In this document: piece by piece, positions 23,956 to 37,250 of the stretch
Layout of the letters: each line of letters starts with the position of its first letter
Position numbering within the stretch: position 1 is the stretch's first letter
Origin: Eledone cirrhosa
Taxonomy: Eukaryota
Length of the DNA: 64,000 nt
Reading direction: 5' to 3'
Assembly: GCA_964016885.1 (NCBI GenBank)
Contig: OZ024740.1
Span: 414,408,001 to 414,472,000 of the forward strand
Program-made: the position numbers and the translations under genes
Notes under the pieces: generated by a model
What the model was told of the DNA's origin: nothing
What the model saw: the letters and a program-made list of their open reading frames with translations, nothing else
Databases searched by the model: none

Positions 23956-24100
23956 TAGACGTAGGACTGATGGGCATATGAGAAACGGCTTGGGCTCTGC
24001 CGTCGAGGTCATACTTTTTCCTATTTCCCACTCTACTACCCTAAGTATTGAGTACTCTGGTGCGTTATGGTCCATCTGGTTCCTTACCACAATTCCTTTG

Positions 24101-24125
24101 TGTATATATATATATGTATATATAA

Positions 24126-24175
<50 letters not shown>

Positions 24176-24214
24176 TTATATATATATATGTATATATATA
24201 TTTATATATATATG

Positions 24215-24250
<36 letters not shown>

Positions 24251-24272
24251 TGTATATATATGTATATATATG

Positions 24273-24313
<41 letters not shown>

Positions 24314-24317
24314 GTAT

Positions 24318-24403
<86 letters not shown>

Positions 24404-24442
24404 TTATATATATATATGTATATATATATTTATATATATATG

Positions 24443-24473
<31 letters not shown>

Positions 24474-24497
24474 GTATATATATGTATATATATGTAT

Positions 24498-24533
<36 letters not shown>

Positions 24534-24568
24534 GTATGTATATATATATATATGTATATATATGTATG

Positions 24569-24637
<69 letters not shown>

Positions 24638-24638
24638 T

Positions 24639-24669
<31 letters not shown>

Positions 24670-24790
24670 GTATACATATATATACACACACACATATATA
24701 TATATATATATACATATATATACACACACATATATATATATATATATACATATATATACACACACACACATATATATATATATACACACA
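24101..24790. repeat. Compound (TA)n/(TATG)/(CA) microsatellite (others at 15805-15900, 17040-17250, 34080-34340, 58855-58950)
   Basis: Directly visible. Confidence 0.98.
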
Positions 24791-25499
24791 AAGAAAGAAA
24801 GTGACACAGAAATACACACACATTACATATAATGAAACATATACAAGAAGATAGAAGATGAATGGTAGGGTGGGATCAGAGAATACTAGACCTGACATTT
24901 GAAAGAAATTAAAGACCAGTGGAGATATATTACATTGTAGAAAAATGCAACTTATGGCAGTAGTAACAAAGTAAAACATATAAATGATGAGAATAATATA
25001 TATGTATTTACATCCATAAAGCATACACATACATACAGGAACGCATACACACAGGCACGCACACATACACACAGGCACGCACACATACACACAGGCACGC
25101 ACACATACACACAGGCACACACCTACACACATACACACACCTACACACAGGCACACACACACACAGGCGCACACACAAACACATACATATATTTGCATAT
25201 GTGTTATACATACTTGTTCATACACACTCATGCGTAAACACTGCACACACATACATATGTATACTTTTATAAATATGTTATACATGCATGTGTATATACG
25301 CACATATCAAAAATATGTTCAATCACCATGCACACGTATATATGTCTACACACTAGTCTGTACACACTCATATCTAAACACAAAGATAGATAGATATGAT
25401 TGCATACATTTCATATATAATTATATATACAAACTCACATCTAAAGACATACATACACACACACATATATATATATATATATAAATTTCTATACTTTTC

Positions 25500-25538
<39 letters not shown>

Positions 25539-26349
25539 TGTTGAAGTAACATGCGTACACACATAAAAACAAAGATTACACATACAAACATACATTACAT
25601 ATATATACTTATTCATCGTACACACCTACATTAGAACACATGTACAAACACCATGCACTCTCCCACACACAGATATATGTGTGGATGAATACATAGGAAT
25701 ATATACACTCATTGATACATATATACACCCACACACTAAACAGCAAAATAACATTTCGGAAGAACTAGAGACAGAAATTCAATAACTAAAACATGGCGCC
25801 TCAAATAGAATTAATTCCTAAGTGTGGCAAACACACACACGTGTGCATACAAACGTGAGTACATACACACACACACATGTGCATACACACGTGTGTGAGT
25901 ATATACACACACACACATACATGTGCATACACACGTGTGTGAGTACACACACACACATGTGCATACACATGTGTGTGAGTACACACACACACATGCATGC
26001 ACATTTACACATACACACAGAATCAAACAACAATTTTAACATGCATCCGAAGATACACATCAACATAGCTTAAAGATTAACAAAAGCCAATAATATGCTT
26101 TGTTCTTGATGTTTATGTTGTTGTTGTTGTAACATTGTTGTTGTTGTAACATTGCTGTTGTTGTAATGTTGTTGTTGTTGTTATGATTATTGCTTTGTTA
26201 TATTGGTTCTATTTTTTTTCTCAATCTTTTGTTTCTAAAAAGATCAAAGATAAATTATAGAGAGTATTCTCATCAAGCTGGTTTATATAAATATATACAC
26301 ATACATGCACACACTTACACACACATGCATAAATAAATATTATATATAT

Positions 26350-26405
<56 letters not shown>

Positions 26406-26586
26406 TTTCCTTACTAACAAGGAAAACACACATTAAATGATGATGATTATGGTACATATATATATATATTTATATATATATATTTGATATATATTTATCT
26501 TTATCGAGCCCTCTTTGGATTTTAGTCTTCGCATTTATTATTATTACTATATATATATTACTATATATATATATATATATATATAT

Positions 26587-28154
26587 ATGCAATTTGGGTT
26601 TGTACCAGGAAGAGACATCACTGATGCCCTCTTCCTTGTGAGGCAGTTACAGGAAAAGTACCTAGCTAAAAGTAAGTCGCTCTACCTGGCATTCGTCGAT
26701 CTCGAGAAAGCCTTTGACAGAGTTCCACATGCTGTAATCTGGTGGGCTCTTAGAAAACTAGGAGTAGATGAATGGCTTGTGAAAGCTGTACGAGCCATGT
26801 ATAGGGAAGCAGTCAGCAAAGTTAGGATTAGCAATGAGTATAGCGAGGAATTTAGCGTACAGGTTGGTGTCCACCAGGGCTCTGTTCTTAGCCCTCTCCT
26901 GTTCATCATAGTCCTGCAGGCAATAACGGAGGAGTTTAAAACCGGATGCCCATGGGAACTCCTGTATGCAGATGACCTCGCACTTATAGCTGAATCTATG
27001 GTAGAACTAGTGAAGAAATTCCAAACTTGGAAGCAGGGACTAGAAAGAAAGGGTCTCAAAGTCAACATGACAAAGACTAAGGTCCTTGTAAGTAGACGAG
27101 AAAACAGAACCCAGATCCCCTCAGGTAAATGGCCTTGCTCAGTATGTAGGAAAGGTGTAGGTAGGAACTCCATTCTCTGCCCCAAATGCAAACAATGGGT
27201 ACACACAAGATGTAGCGGGATCTCAGGACGCTTAATTAAGAATATAGGCTTCACATGTAGCAGCTGTGCTGGGACAGCAAGCAGCAAACAGCCACAGGAA
27301 ACAAGTACCACCAATCTCTGGGAGGGCTCTGTAGAAACAGTAGACAGCTTCTGCTACCTAGGTGACCGAATTAGCAGCGGAGGTGGGTGTTCAGAAAGTA
27401 CAAGGCTTCTCCCTCAAAATGAAAGGCAGACTGTATGATGCGTGTATCCGAACAGCAATGTTACATGATAGTGAGACCTGGGTGTGGAAGGTGGAAGACT
27501 TATATAGATTAGAAAGAAATGAAGCCTGCATGCTCCGATGGATGTGTAATAGTAATATACGTGAACGGCAAAGCATAAATGAATTGAGAGAGAGACTGAG
27601 CATAAGAGGAATCAAATGCAGTGTGCAGGAGAGGCGGTTGCGTTGGTATGGACATGTAATGCATATGAAGGATGACAGCTGCATAAAAAGGTGCAGAGCA
27701 CTAGAAGTCAATGGAAACTGCGGAGTGGGGAGACCCAAGAAGACCTGGGATGAGGTGTTAAAAGCCGACCTTACCCAATTACACCTTTCAAAGGCGATGA
27801 CACACGACCGTGACCTCTGGCGTCACGCAGTAATACAGAGTACCCGACCTCCCATGGGTACAAGCTGAAGTATATAGACAATATGCCCCCACACCCTCCC
27901 ACTGCAAAGTGGTCGTGGAGGTGCCATGACAAAAAGCACCCAGCCCACACAGTAAAGTGGACGTGTAGGCGCCATGGAAAAAAGCACCCAGCACTCACTG
28001 TAAATGAGGTTGGTGATAGGAAGGGCATCCAGCTGTAGAAATCAAGCCAAAATCAGTTCCTGTATGAGCAAGGCATGGTCAGCCGACCAGACACTGCCCA
28101 CAGCAGGACAACCCATCTAACGCATGCTAGCATGGAAGAACGGACGTAAAATGG

Positions 28155-28190
<36 letters not shown>
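26587..28190 (+). mobile_element. 5'-truncated RTE-clade LINE (subfamily 1) with RT, internal deletion/frameshift, 3' UTR and (GAT)n tail
   Basis: ORFs 26515..27438 and 27362..27868 contain QFGF, FVDLEKAFDRV, GVHQGSVLSP, LLYADD, FCYLG, RRLRWYGHV and GRPKKTW. The element starts in a (TA)n tract and ends in a GAT tail. Confidence 0.95.
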
Positions 28191-28191
<1 letters not shown>

Positions 28192-28389
28192 ATACATATA
28201 TATACACATATGAGGTGTGTCAGAAGAGTAACAGCACTTAGTGTACTGTGTGAGCTATGTGTGTGGTAAGGATTAACAGGTTGCATCACTATATGATGCA
28301 ATATCCGGAGATTATATAACTGCAATCTCAGCTCTCTGCAGCCATTGTATGTTTTTTACATGCTTTGGTTAACAGCTTTTCAAATTTAG

Positions 28390-28806
28390 GTTGGCAAGCA
28401 TCAGCATAGAAGAACAGGCCAGCCCGAGGTTCTGATCTGGCTCAGGAATACTTTCTCAGAAGCACTCGGATTACTGCAGCAAGTGTACAGAGATGAAATG
28501 ATGTTGCACTCAAGAGTTTTGAGTGGTACAAATGGTGGAAGATAACCTCAGGAGTGGAAGGCCTTCAACTAGCATGAGTGAGGCCAACGCCGAGTGCATG
28601 AGGCAGGTGAAGAGTGGTAATTGTCAGCTGACTGCTCAACAGATCGCAAGTGAGCCGGGCATATACAGTGACAGTGTTTGGAAAATTATAACCAAAGATT
28701 TAGGTATGTGGAAGTTCTGCATGAAGATGGAACCGAAGCTGCTGAACAATGACCAGAAAGAGCAGCACATGAAGGTGTATCAGGGCATCCTTGAGTGTCT
28801 TGAAAC
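28390..28806 (+). pseudogene. Mariner (Tc1/mariner) transposase relic, DNA-binding region
   Basis: ORF 28523..28876 reads VEDNLRSGRPSTS...LTAQQIASE.GI...SVWKIITKDLGM.K....EPKLL...QK, matching the mariner HTH and a decayed WVPKLL-type linker. Confidence 0.85.
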
Positions 28807-29269
28807 ATCAGTGTTAGTGGCTAGTTCTGGCTGGTTTGAACAGAAAGATAATTCTGACCAGATACAGCTGGTTTAAGAGAACATAGCCAGTTTCAGTGAA
28901 ATAGCTGTGTCATAAATAACCATCTAACCCATGCTAGCGTGGAAGAACGGACGTAAAACGGTGATGATGATGATGATGATAATGTTGTAATATAAAACAA
29001 GGTTGACTTTTGTAGTGGGAGGACAGCATAGAGGGATTTTGAGGTTAATGCCAACATCATTAGGGCAATACTGATGCAACCTTTTCTACATCATACAACT
29101 GATGTAGCTCTCACAGCGACATTGGAGAGAGTAGAGTTTGAGTTTTTTTAACCAATCCCCATTGTCATAGCCTGCCATACTGTCCATCTTTTTGTAATTG
29201 ACCTATATATTAAAATAATATATTTCTTCCATGTACTGTACCATTTGTTTTTTGTTATTACTTTTATAG

Positions 29270-31122
29270 GACTGGCATAGCAGCATCATCGTTAACTGGC
29301 ATAGCAGCATCATCGTTAACTGTTATAAGGGTAAAGGAGATGCCCTAGATAGGAGTAACTATAGAGGCATTAAACTAATCGACCAGGTCATGAAGGTCAC
29401 GGAAAAAGTAATAGCGCAACTAATCAGAGAGAGAATTGACCTAGATGAAATGCAGTTCGGGTTTGTGTCAGGTAAAAGTACCACAGACGCTCTTTTCATT
29501 GTACGTCAACTACAGGAGAAGTACCTAGCTAAAGGTAAACCCCTATACTTAGCTTTTGTCGACTTGGAGAAAGCCTTCGACAGAGTCCCCCGTTCCATTA
29601 TCTGAATATAGTGAAGAGTTTAGCGTAAAAGTTGGCGTCCATCAGGGCTCTGTTCTCAGCCCCCTACTATTTATTATTGCCCTTCAGGCTATAACAGAGG
29701 AGTTCAAGACCGGCTGCCCATGGGAACTCCTATACGCAGACGACCTGACACTCATAGCTGAATCAATGGCCGAGCTAGAGAAGAAATTCCAAACATGGAA
29801 GCACGGCCTAGAATCAAAAGGCCTTAAAACTAACCTGGCTAAGACTAAAGTTCTAGTTTGTAGGAAAGAAAATAAGGCGGCGGTCCCTTCCGGGAAATGG
29901 CCATGCTCAGTGTGTAGGAAAGGCGTAGGTAGAAACTCCATTTTATGTCCCAAATGCAAAGTATGGGTGCATAAAAGATGTAGTGGGATCACAGGTAAGC
30001 TAACTAAGAACTTAGATTTTACATGTGGGCGGTGCTCTGGTGCAATAAGTAGCAGCGAGTGCCCACAAAATAATAACTCTTTCAACTGCGCAGAGGGCTC
30101 TATAGAAATAGTGGACAGCTTCCGTTACCTGGGTGACAAAATCAGCAGTGGGGGAGGGTGCTCCGAAAGTACAGTAGCTAGAGTCAGAACTGGATGGAAA
30201 AAGTTCAGAGAGCTTATACCACTATTAGCCGCTAAAGGGTTCTCCCTAAAAATGAAAGGCAGGTTGTATGATGCCTGCATACGAACAGCAATGTTGCATG
30301 GCAGTGAGACCTGGGCATTGTGCGCAGAGGATATACGCAGACTAGAGAGGAACAAAGCTTGCATGCTCCGCTGGATGTGTAACAGTAATATACGTGAACG
30401 GCAAAGCATAAACGAACTAAGGAAAAAATTAGAAATAAGAGGGATCAGATGTTGTTTACTCGAGAGAAGGCTACGTTGGTACGGACACGTGATGCGCATG
30501 AAAGTCGATAGCTGTATAACAAAGTGCAGGGAAATAAAGATAGACGGTAGCCACGGAATAGGCAGACCTAGAAAATCCTGGGACGAGCTGATAAACTCCG
30601 ACCTCACACACTTACACCTCTCCAAGACAATGTCACTGGACCGAGACCTTTGGCGGTACTCAGTAATAGAGAAGACCCACCTTACCTAAATACATAGTAA
30701 AACCTACTACAGCCAGTAGGCATCTCTAACAAAATACACCCCCGTCCCACCACCCACACCCCCATCCACACCACCCCCTCCTATGTAAAGTTATGTCACC
30801 CACACCCCCATCCACACCACCCCCTCCTATGTAAAGTTATGTTGGTGCCACAACATCCAGGCCGAAACAAATGAGATCGTGTAGGTGTCACGACAAAAAA
30901 ACACACAGTCCACGCTGTAATGTGGCCGTGTAGGCAACACGGTAAATACCTCCCAGACCCACACTGTAAATGTGGTTGGTGTTAGGAAGGGCATCCAACT
31001 GTAGAAAACCTGCCAGACAGTCCTATGCGAGCAAGACAATCACTCTTGCCTCAAGTGGGAATACCCCCGTCCAAACCCATGCAAGCGTGGAACACGGACG
31101 TTAAACGTTGATGATGATGATG
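29270..31122 (+). mobile_element. 5'-truncated RTE-clade LINE (subfamily 2) with internal deletion
   Basis: ORFs 29390..29605 and 29556..30689 carry the same RT motifs (upstream NYRGIKL, YADD, FRYLG). It has a distinct 3' UTR, a GAT tail and a 24-bp tandem duplication at the 5' junction (29271-29318). Confidence 0.95.
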
Positions 31123-31136
31123 ATATATATAGTAAT

Positions 31137-31320
31137 AATTGTTTCTACTTTTAGCACAAGGGCAGCAGTTACCCAGTGCATTACTGGTACTTTATTTTAT
31201 CGACCCCGTAAGGATGAAAGGCAAAGTTAACCTCGGCGGGATTTGAATTCAGAATGGCAAGAGTCGTAACTCTATACGTCAAAGCATGGCGTCCGACCCT
31301 CTACTGATACTGCCAATCCA
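31137..31320 (-). mobile_element. SINE A
   Basis: Full reverse-complement copy flanked by repeated atatatatagtaataat. Confidence 0.9.
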
Positions 31321-31499
31321 TAATAATATATATATAGTAATAATAATAAATGTGAAGACTAAAATCCAAAGAGGGCTTGATAAGTGCAATATAAATATAA
31401 AAATAAATAAAACCATAGAGCAAATATTTATTAAAATAACAGATTAAAATTTAAGCAAAGAATCGCTGCGTTCACCCTTAACGGGATCTTCTGAAACTG

Positions 31500-31549
<50 letters not shown>

Positions 31550-31763
31550 ATATATACATACACATTTATTATTTTCACCTTTACATTATGTCCGTTATTT
31601 TATTTCAGCCACGCTTTCCTAGACCTTGTTCTGAAATCCATATCTCACTTCCATTTTAAATAAAATTTCATTCTGACTATTGAAGTCAGACGTCCGTGCC
31701 AGGCTCGTCTGTCTTCGTGAAACATTTGGTAAATGAAATAATTATCTTATGTCGTTTATTACA

Positions 31764-31799
<36 letters not shown>

Positions 31800-32111
31800 T
31801 ATTTGTATATTGATAGTGTGTGGTTCAGGGACTGGGAAGATCACAAATCAGAGTACTCGATGCTTGGTGTGATACAAAGTGGGTATATTAGTGAAGTAAC
31901 AGATCAACCATGAGCTCAGGCAGTTTCAGCTAGTTACCTTAGAAGAGAACTGTTTTGATTACAGGTCTGCTCAATCAGATCCAGCTTAGGCCTAAAGCAC
32001 AACAATGAATTTTACTTTAGCTTTTGATGTTGCAGCCATTAAACATCCGTTCACTCTCTTAACTCTTAGTTCCTCACTCATATACTTCACTCTTTCTGCC
32101 ACTTGACTAAC

Positions 32112-33495
32112 CCTAACCCTTTCATAACCATGTTTTTAATAAAATTAACTACTTAAATGTTTTAATTAATTTTAAAAATAATCATTGCAAGTGCTTAGTA
32201 AAAAAAAATTAACTTTTTCATTATCAGGTAGGTTTTTGTAACATAATTTAATAAAAAGGATCTTATATAAAATTATGATAGGATATTTTGATTTAATTAT
32301 AAACAATTTAAAACAATTTAAAATCAGAAGCTTTCTATGAAAATTACTGGTGGGTTGGTAACAAAAGGGTTAAACTTTATAATAGTTTCTTACATTGGAA
32401 GCCAGTCCATTATTTTGTATAGTTGCAGTAAAATCAATTGGACCAATTAGTAGTATGTATCTTTTAACACTGTTTAGTTAGGGGGGAAGGGTTGACAGCA
32501 TACATAATTCTTATCAAAGTCTCCAACACTGATAAGATAAAGAATTCAAGGTACCCTAAAACTGGAGATTTGATTACAATGATTGTAATGGAATGGGCTC
32601 TGCTAAAGGACAAGATGCTAGTGATAAATTTGTTATATTACTGAAATAGTGATAAAAGGTAAAATCAACTCAAACCCTGCAGGGTTTGAACTCATATCAT
32701 AAAGAAAAGAAAATAAACACTGTCCGATTTTCATTTAATCCTTTCATGACTGTATTCCTAATGAAAATTCTATTTCAATTAATTAAAGAAGAATTTTCAG
32801 AGATTTATTAAGATTACTAATTATTTCATTTCTAAGGTAGTAAATGATTGTTCTCATATAAAATTGTGTTGCAAGATTTTAATTTAAATGAGAACCTTTT
32901 AAAATTGGTGATTTTGTTTCTTAGAACTAGAGCTGGTTTTTGACTAGGTTAGAATCAAGAGGATTAAAGCACTTGAATATTTCTGTCACTGTTTTTAAAT
33001 TTGACAATAAACATGGCATGTATTTAACCCTTTAGCATTTAAACTGGCCATATCCAGCCAGTTTTCCCTCACCTCTTTCTGTTCAAATCAGCCATAACTG
33101 GCCACTCATACTGATGTTAAGGTATTGTTCTCAAAATAAATAATATCAAAATCTCATAGATTCGATATTATATTATGTGAAATAAAGTGCTTACTGTGAA
33201 AATACAATAGTATATATAGAGTAACGTAAATGCTAAAGGGTTAACCCTTTTGATACAAAACTGCTTGAAATTACCCTTAGTTCTTTTATACTAAGCTGAT
33301 TATTTTAAAGTATTTATATTCATCTAAAATCCTTTCATCATAATTTTATGTAAGAACCTTTGTTACATAAACACCCAACTTAACGAGAAAGTAAGTTATA
33401 TCATTAAATCCTTCTAAATTCTTGATTATTTTCAAAAGTATTGGAAAATCATACACAGTTCTTTTCATTAAAATTATGGTAATAAAAAAGTTAAC
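32112..33495. mobile_element. Cluster of older TTAA/CCCTTT-ended MITEs (~32112-32373, ~32735-32967, ~33241-33494; another ~50478-50716)
   Basis: Degenerate taaccctttc...aaagggttaa termini enclosing ~230-260 bp AT-rich bodies. Confidence 0.55.
33024..33244. mobile_element. piggyBac-type MITE (TTAA TSD)
   Basis: ttaa-ccctttagcattta...taaatgctaaaggg-ttaa. Homologous copies at 55013-55241, ~38181-38400 and ~45776-45988. Confidence 0.85.
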
Positions 33496-34143
33496 TCATT
33501 CAGCTTTTCTACCTAACTGTACTGGAAATTAACATCAAGTTAATGAAGCAGCAACTAATTTTGTTACTTTCAGACAAAAGTAACAAGTTAACTGCTAATT
33601 AGTACCATATTAATCAGAAGTCTTGAAGAAAATTCAATAATTTGTTATCATTTTTATGTTTTTTAATAGATAAATCCTTAAATGAAAGATTACAAAAGCA
33701 ATAGAATGTAATATGAAATTGTGATAACTAGGTTCAAGTCTCAGGCATTCTTTTCTGAAACAAAAATTTCTTTTTATGACTCAAATACACCAGAATTACA
33801 GAATGACGGAAATACGAAACTAACATAAAAGGGAGAAAAGAAAAATAGTCCTACACACACAAACATACTCACATATAAACAATTAGGGAAGAAAATGGAA
33901 AGAAAAAGAATGAAAAAGAATACATATCTTATCAAATATTTGTATTGAATTATTGAAGCAAAAACTATGTAAATAAACAAATATCATAACACCAAATGAT
34001 ATTTTAACCTTAGAAAAATAAAATGAAATATTTTCATCCTTGAGTCATTATGTATATAAATTATATATAAATATACATATATATATACACACACACATAT
34101 ATATATATGTATGTATATCTATCTATCTATATATCTCTATATC

Positions 34144-34175
<32 letters not shown>

Positions 34176-34176
34176 C

Positions 34177-34244
<68 letters not shown>

Positions 34245-34245
34245 G

Positions 34246-34302
<57 letters not shown>

Positions 34303-34774
34303 AGTGTGTGAGAGAGTGTGTGTGTGTGTGTGTGTGTGTGAATATATGTAATGACACATATCCATACAAACATATTATATAAGCATAAAATAAAATCACA
34401 AATTGCTTTAGGTTAAGGATGAAATATAGAAACAAACAAAGAGAAGATGAAAAAGAACCATAGATGTGATTTGAACTTTGTTTGTAGCATTTACACAATG
34501 TGTCAACCTAGCACTGACACTACTACTACAACAGCAGCTACAGCATACAGCTAGAGGCAGGATGGATGTTACAGAATTGCTTTGTGTTGAGCAGAATGGG
34601 AATCAAAAAAAGAAGGAGGATATTAATTTCCTGGCAGAGTTTCTTGGAGAGAAAGCTGGAAACAAGAGGCAATGAAATGCTTGAGGGTAGAGCATGTTGA
34701 TATGAAGACTCATACAGATGTTTTAACTACAGCTTCACAGATGGTACCGTCAGATGTCAAGATGTGGTGGTGAC

Positions 34775-36105
34775 AATGGTGGTGGTGGTGGTAGAGATAG
34801 TGGGTGGGGGGATGATGGTGGTGGTAGAGATGGTGGTGGTGGTGGTAGAGATAGTGGGGAGGTAGAGATGATGGTAGTGGTAGAGATGGTGGTGGTGGAG
34901 GTGCTGATAGAGATAGTGGTGGTGGTGGTGGTAGAGATAGTGGTGGTGGTGGTAGAGATAGTGGGGGGATAGAGATGGTGGTGGTGGAGGTGCTGATAGA
35001 GATAGTGGTGGTGGTGGTGGTAGAGATAGTGGTGGTGGTGGTAGAGATAGTGGTGGTGGTGGTAGAGATAGTGGGGGGATAGAGATGGTGGTGGTGGAGG
35101 TGCTGATAGAGATAGTGGTGGTGGTGGTGGTAGAGATAGTGGTGGTGGTGGTAGAGATAGTGGGGGGATAGAGATGGTGGTGGTGGAGGTGCTGATAGAG
35201 ATAGTGGTGGTGGTGGTAGGGGTAGAGATGGTGGTGGTAGTGGTGATAGAGATGGTGGTGGTAGTGGTGATAGAGATGGTGGTGACAATGGTAGTGGTAG
35301 TGATGGTGGTGGCGGTGGTGGGGTGGGGGAAGTGGTAGTGGTGGTGGTAGAGATGGTGGTGACAATGGTGGTGGTAGTGATGGTGGTGGTGGTGGTGATA
35401 GAGATGGTGGTGACAATGGTGGTGGTAGTGATGGTGGTGGTGGTGGTGATAGAGATGGTGGTGACAATGGTGGTGGTAGTGATGGTGGTGGTGATGGTGG
35501 TGGGGTGGTGGTAGAGATGGTGGTGGTGGGGTGGTGGTAGAGATGGTGGTGGTGGTGGTGGTGGTGGTGGTGGTGGTGGTAGTGGTGGTGGTGGTGGTAG
35601 TGGTGGTGGTGGTAGTGGTGATGGCAGTGGTGGTGCTGGTAGTGTTGAGACTTGTGATATGGTGGTGGAGGTGGTGGATGGTAGGTGAGATATAAGTACT
35701 GCACACATCCACTCTTTTCTGCTATGGTAATACGGTTAATTGATTTTAATAAAATGAGAAAACAAAGGGGGAGGGGGAGCATGATGTCACAAAGGCAGAT
35801 GAAATCATATAAGCTTCTAACATGCTTCTGACAATGATTGCAATAGTAATGGTGGTGATGGTGGTGGTGGTGGTGCTATTGGTGGTGGAGGTGGTGCTAG
35901 TGGTGGTGGTGGTGGTGATGGTGATGGTGGTGGTGCTATTGGTGGTGGAGGTGGTGCTAGTGGTGGTGGTGGTGGTGCTAGTGGTGGTGGTGGTGGAGAT
36001 GGTGATGGTGGTGGTGGTGCTAGTGGTGGTGGAGGTGGTGGTGGTTGGTGGTGGTGGTGGTGCTAGTGGTGGTGGTGCTTGTGGCAGCAGTGGTGATGGT
36101 GGTAC
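34775..36105. repeat. GGT-rich compound repeats (two blocks)
   Basis: (GGT)n with recurring agagatagt and gtgctgata units at 34775-35685, and a second block at 35850-36105. Confidence 0.95.
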
Positions 36106-37094
36106 TTTATAGTGGGAGTTTAGGTGGAAGAGAGAATGTGATGATATGGAGGGGGAGGGGTGTGGACAAGTGTGACAACAATAACAATGTTAAGGGGGAA
36201 GGGGGAGAGATGAAGGTGGCAATAAGATAACATTTTTCTTAGTTCAACACAAAGAACTTTGAGATACCTGTCTAATATTATTATTATTCTCATCAGTAAA
36301 ATTTCTTTTTCTGCATTTACATCATTATCTTTAAGTTGTTGTTGTTTGATTATTGTTTGATTATTGTTCGTTTATACCATAAGGTTATAAAGTTTAAAAG
36401 ATATGTATGCTGTATAGTTGTTAATGTTGTTGTGAAGGTGTGTGGTTTAGTGTTCAGATTACGAGATTAGAAGTTCAACTCCAGGTGGTGAAGTATGTCG
36501 CTAAGACACTTTATTTCACATTGCCCCAGTCCACTCAAGTGGCAAAAGTGAGTTTTACCTATAATTCAAAGTGCCAGAGCCTTGTCACACTTATGTCATA
36601 CTGAATCTCCCTGAGAACTATGTTAGGGGTACATGAGTCTGTGGGATGCTCAGCCACTTGCTTGTTAATTTCATGAGCAGGCTATTCTATTGTTCGATCA
36701 ACTGGAACACTAATCATTGGAAACAACATAGGTCCAACATGAATGTCAGTTTTATTATTGTTGTTGTTGCTGTTATTGTATAGCTGAAATATTTGACCAA
36801 CTAAGCATTTTCTGATTGATCCAATATTTTGCATATACCATGTTTCATCAGCTATATCATGTAAATAAAAGGTGCTTTGTCATATGATGTACAATCTAAT
36901 AGGCCAGGTAGGTAATTTGAGCAGCATAGTATCTCTTTGATAACCTTTTCGATTTTGTAGTCAGAACATGTAGCATTTAATTTGATATCCATTCTGATTC
37001 CATAGTCAAAACATGTAGCATCTCATTTGATATCCTTTCTGATTTTCACCAACTTCAAATTCTATGAAAATGAGGTGCTAAAATATTTTCACTT

Positions 37095-37250
37095 TTGGGT
37101 GAATATTACACCAGTTTCACTTTGGAGGTGAATATTACACCAGTTTCATTTTGGAGGTGAATATTACATTAGTTTCACTTTGGAGGTGAATATTACACCA
37201 GTTCCACTTTGGAGGTGAATATTACACTGGTTTCACTTTGGAGGTGAAAT
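37095..37250. repeat. 29-bp minisatellite, ~5 copies
   Basis: ggaggtgaatattacaccagtttcacttt repeated. Confidence 0.9.

Noticed and set aside
20012-24031. 1339-aa Thr/Asp mucin-like ORF and overlapping Val/Pro-rich ORFs
   Set aside because: A 15-bp unit is stop-free in several frames on both strands. The frame breaks elsewhere in the array, there is no signal peptide or splice context, and it lies in an intron.
31625-31735. CTGAAA...GAAACATTTGG with internal hairpins next to (TA)n
   Set aside because: The core boxes are incomplete. It is possibly a PLE relic but unsupported.
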